From positions 576,001-640,000 of the forward strand of contig JAYFMW010000005.1 in the NCBI GenBank assembly GCA_042408215.1: 64,000 bases of DNA. The letters run 5' to 3'. Both the position numbers and the translations under genes were made by a program. Source of the DNA: Microcoleus sp. GTDB lineage: Bacteria > Cyanobacteriota > Cyanobacteriia > Cyanobacteriales > Microcoleaceae. Under the pieces are notes generated by a model. It ran no database searches. It was not told the DNA's origin and saw nothing but the letters and a program-made list of their open reading frames with translations. Below, piece after piece: positions 63,777-64,000 of the stretch (the stretch's first letter is position 1; every line of letters begins with the position of its first letter).

Positions 63777-63923
63777 TCTGTATGTGGACGATTCGGATGG
63801 GATCAAGGTAAAGAGGTAAACTTTTTAGCAGTGCCAATCAAAGATGAGGTTCTGGGAAGTCTTCATCAAGCGGGTCTTGCCCAGGAATATGAAGTAAAAG
63901 GAGAATATAAGTCGCGTATTTAG
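63777..63923 (+). pseudogene. Relic of a variant toxin 3' end
   Basis: WDQGKEVNFLAVPIKDEVLGSLHQAGLAQEYEVKGEYKSRI* matches the end of 59288-62188. Confidence 0.88.
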
Positions 63924-63935
63924 GAGAGTTACCTT

Positions 63936-64000
63936 ATGATGAATAAAAAAGCACTTATTGCCAGTTTTTTACTGATTTTGTTTCAGTTAATGGGTTGTTC
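63936..64000 (+). CDS. Lipoprotein 4 (partial, window edge)
   Basis: MMNKKALIASFLLILFQLMGC; same signal peptide and lipobox pattern. Confidence 0.7.
   Translation, partial: MMNKKALIASFLLILFQLMGC

Noticed and set aside
62040..63923. DGR template/variable repeat pair (toxin end versus the 63777 relic)
   Set aside because: Mismatches are not adenine-specific, many are synonymous, and there is no reverse transcriptase in the window.

Overview
Cyanobacterial chromosome segment. An Oscillatoriales/Microcoleus-like origin is inferred from frequent HIP1 GCGATCGC sites, heptamer STRR arrays, psbD and chlD. Bases 1-50400 are mostly core genes: chlD, ribE, pgeF, hppD, pstSCAB, ubiD, a stand-alone psbD, an SLH porin, signalling proteins and two PEP-CTERM proteins. 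This part also carries many IS200/IS605 OMEGA remnants: a dead IscB element inside a radical-SAM pseudogene, and four protein-less omega-RNA elements. Three of those four are stacked in the leader of one gene, and two share one 27-nt flank that could serve as guide for both. The main candidate for a new system is 49189-64000, an apparent polymorphic-toxin locus. A divergent M50-like membrane peptidase sits next to a large protein with a LEPR-XLL-like leader, dockerin-like, Ig-like and ZU5-like domains and a GHL10 glycoside-hydrolase tip. It is followed by three secreted WG-repeat proteins, an N-terminally truncated orphan cassette with a colicin-M-like tip, at least four paralogous lipoproteins, and short relics of further toxin tips between the putative immunity genes. 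All family assignments come from motif recognition by eye; no database searches were run.
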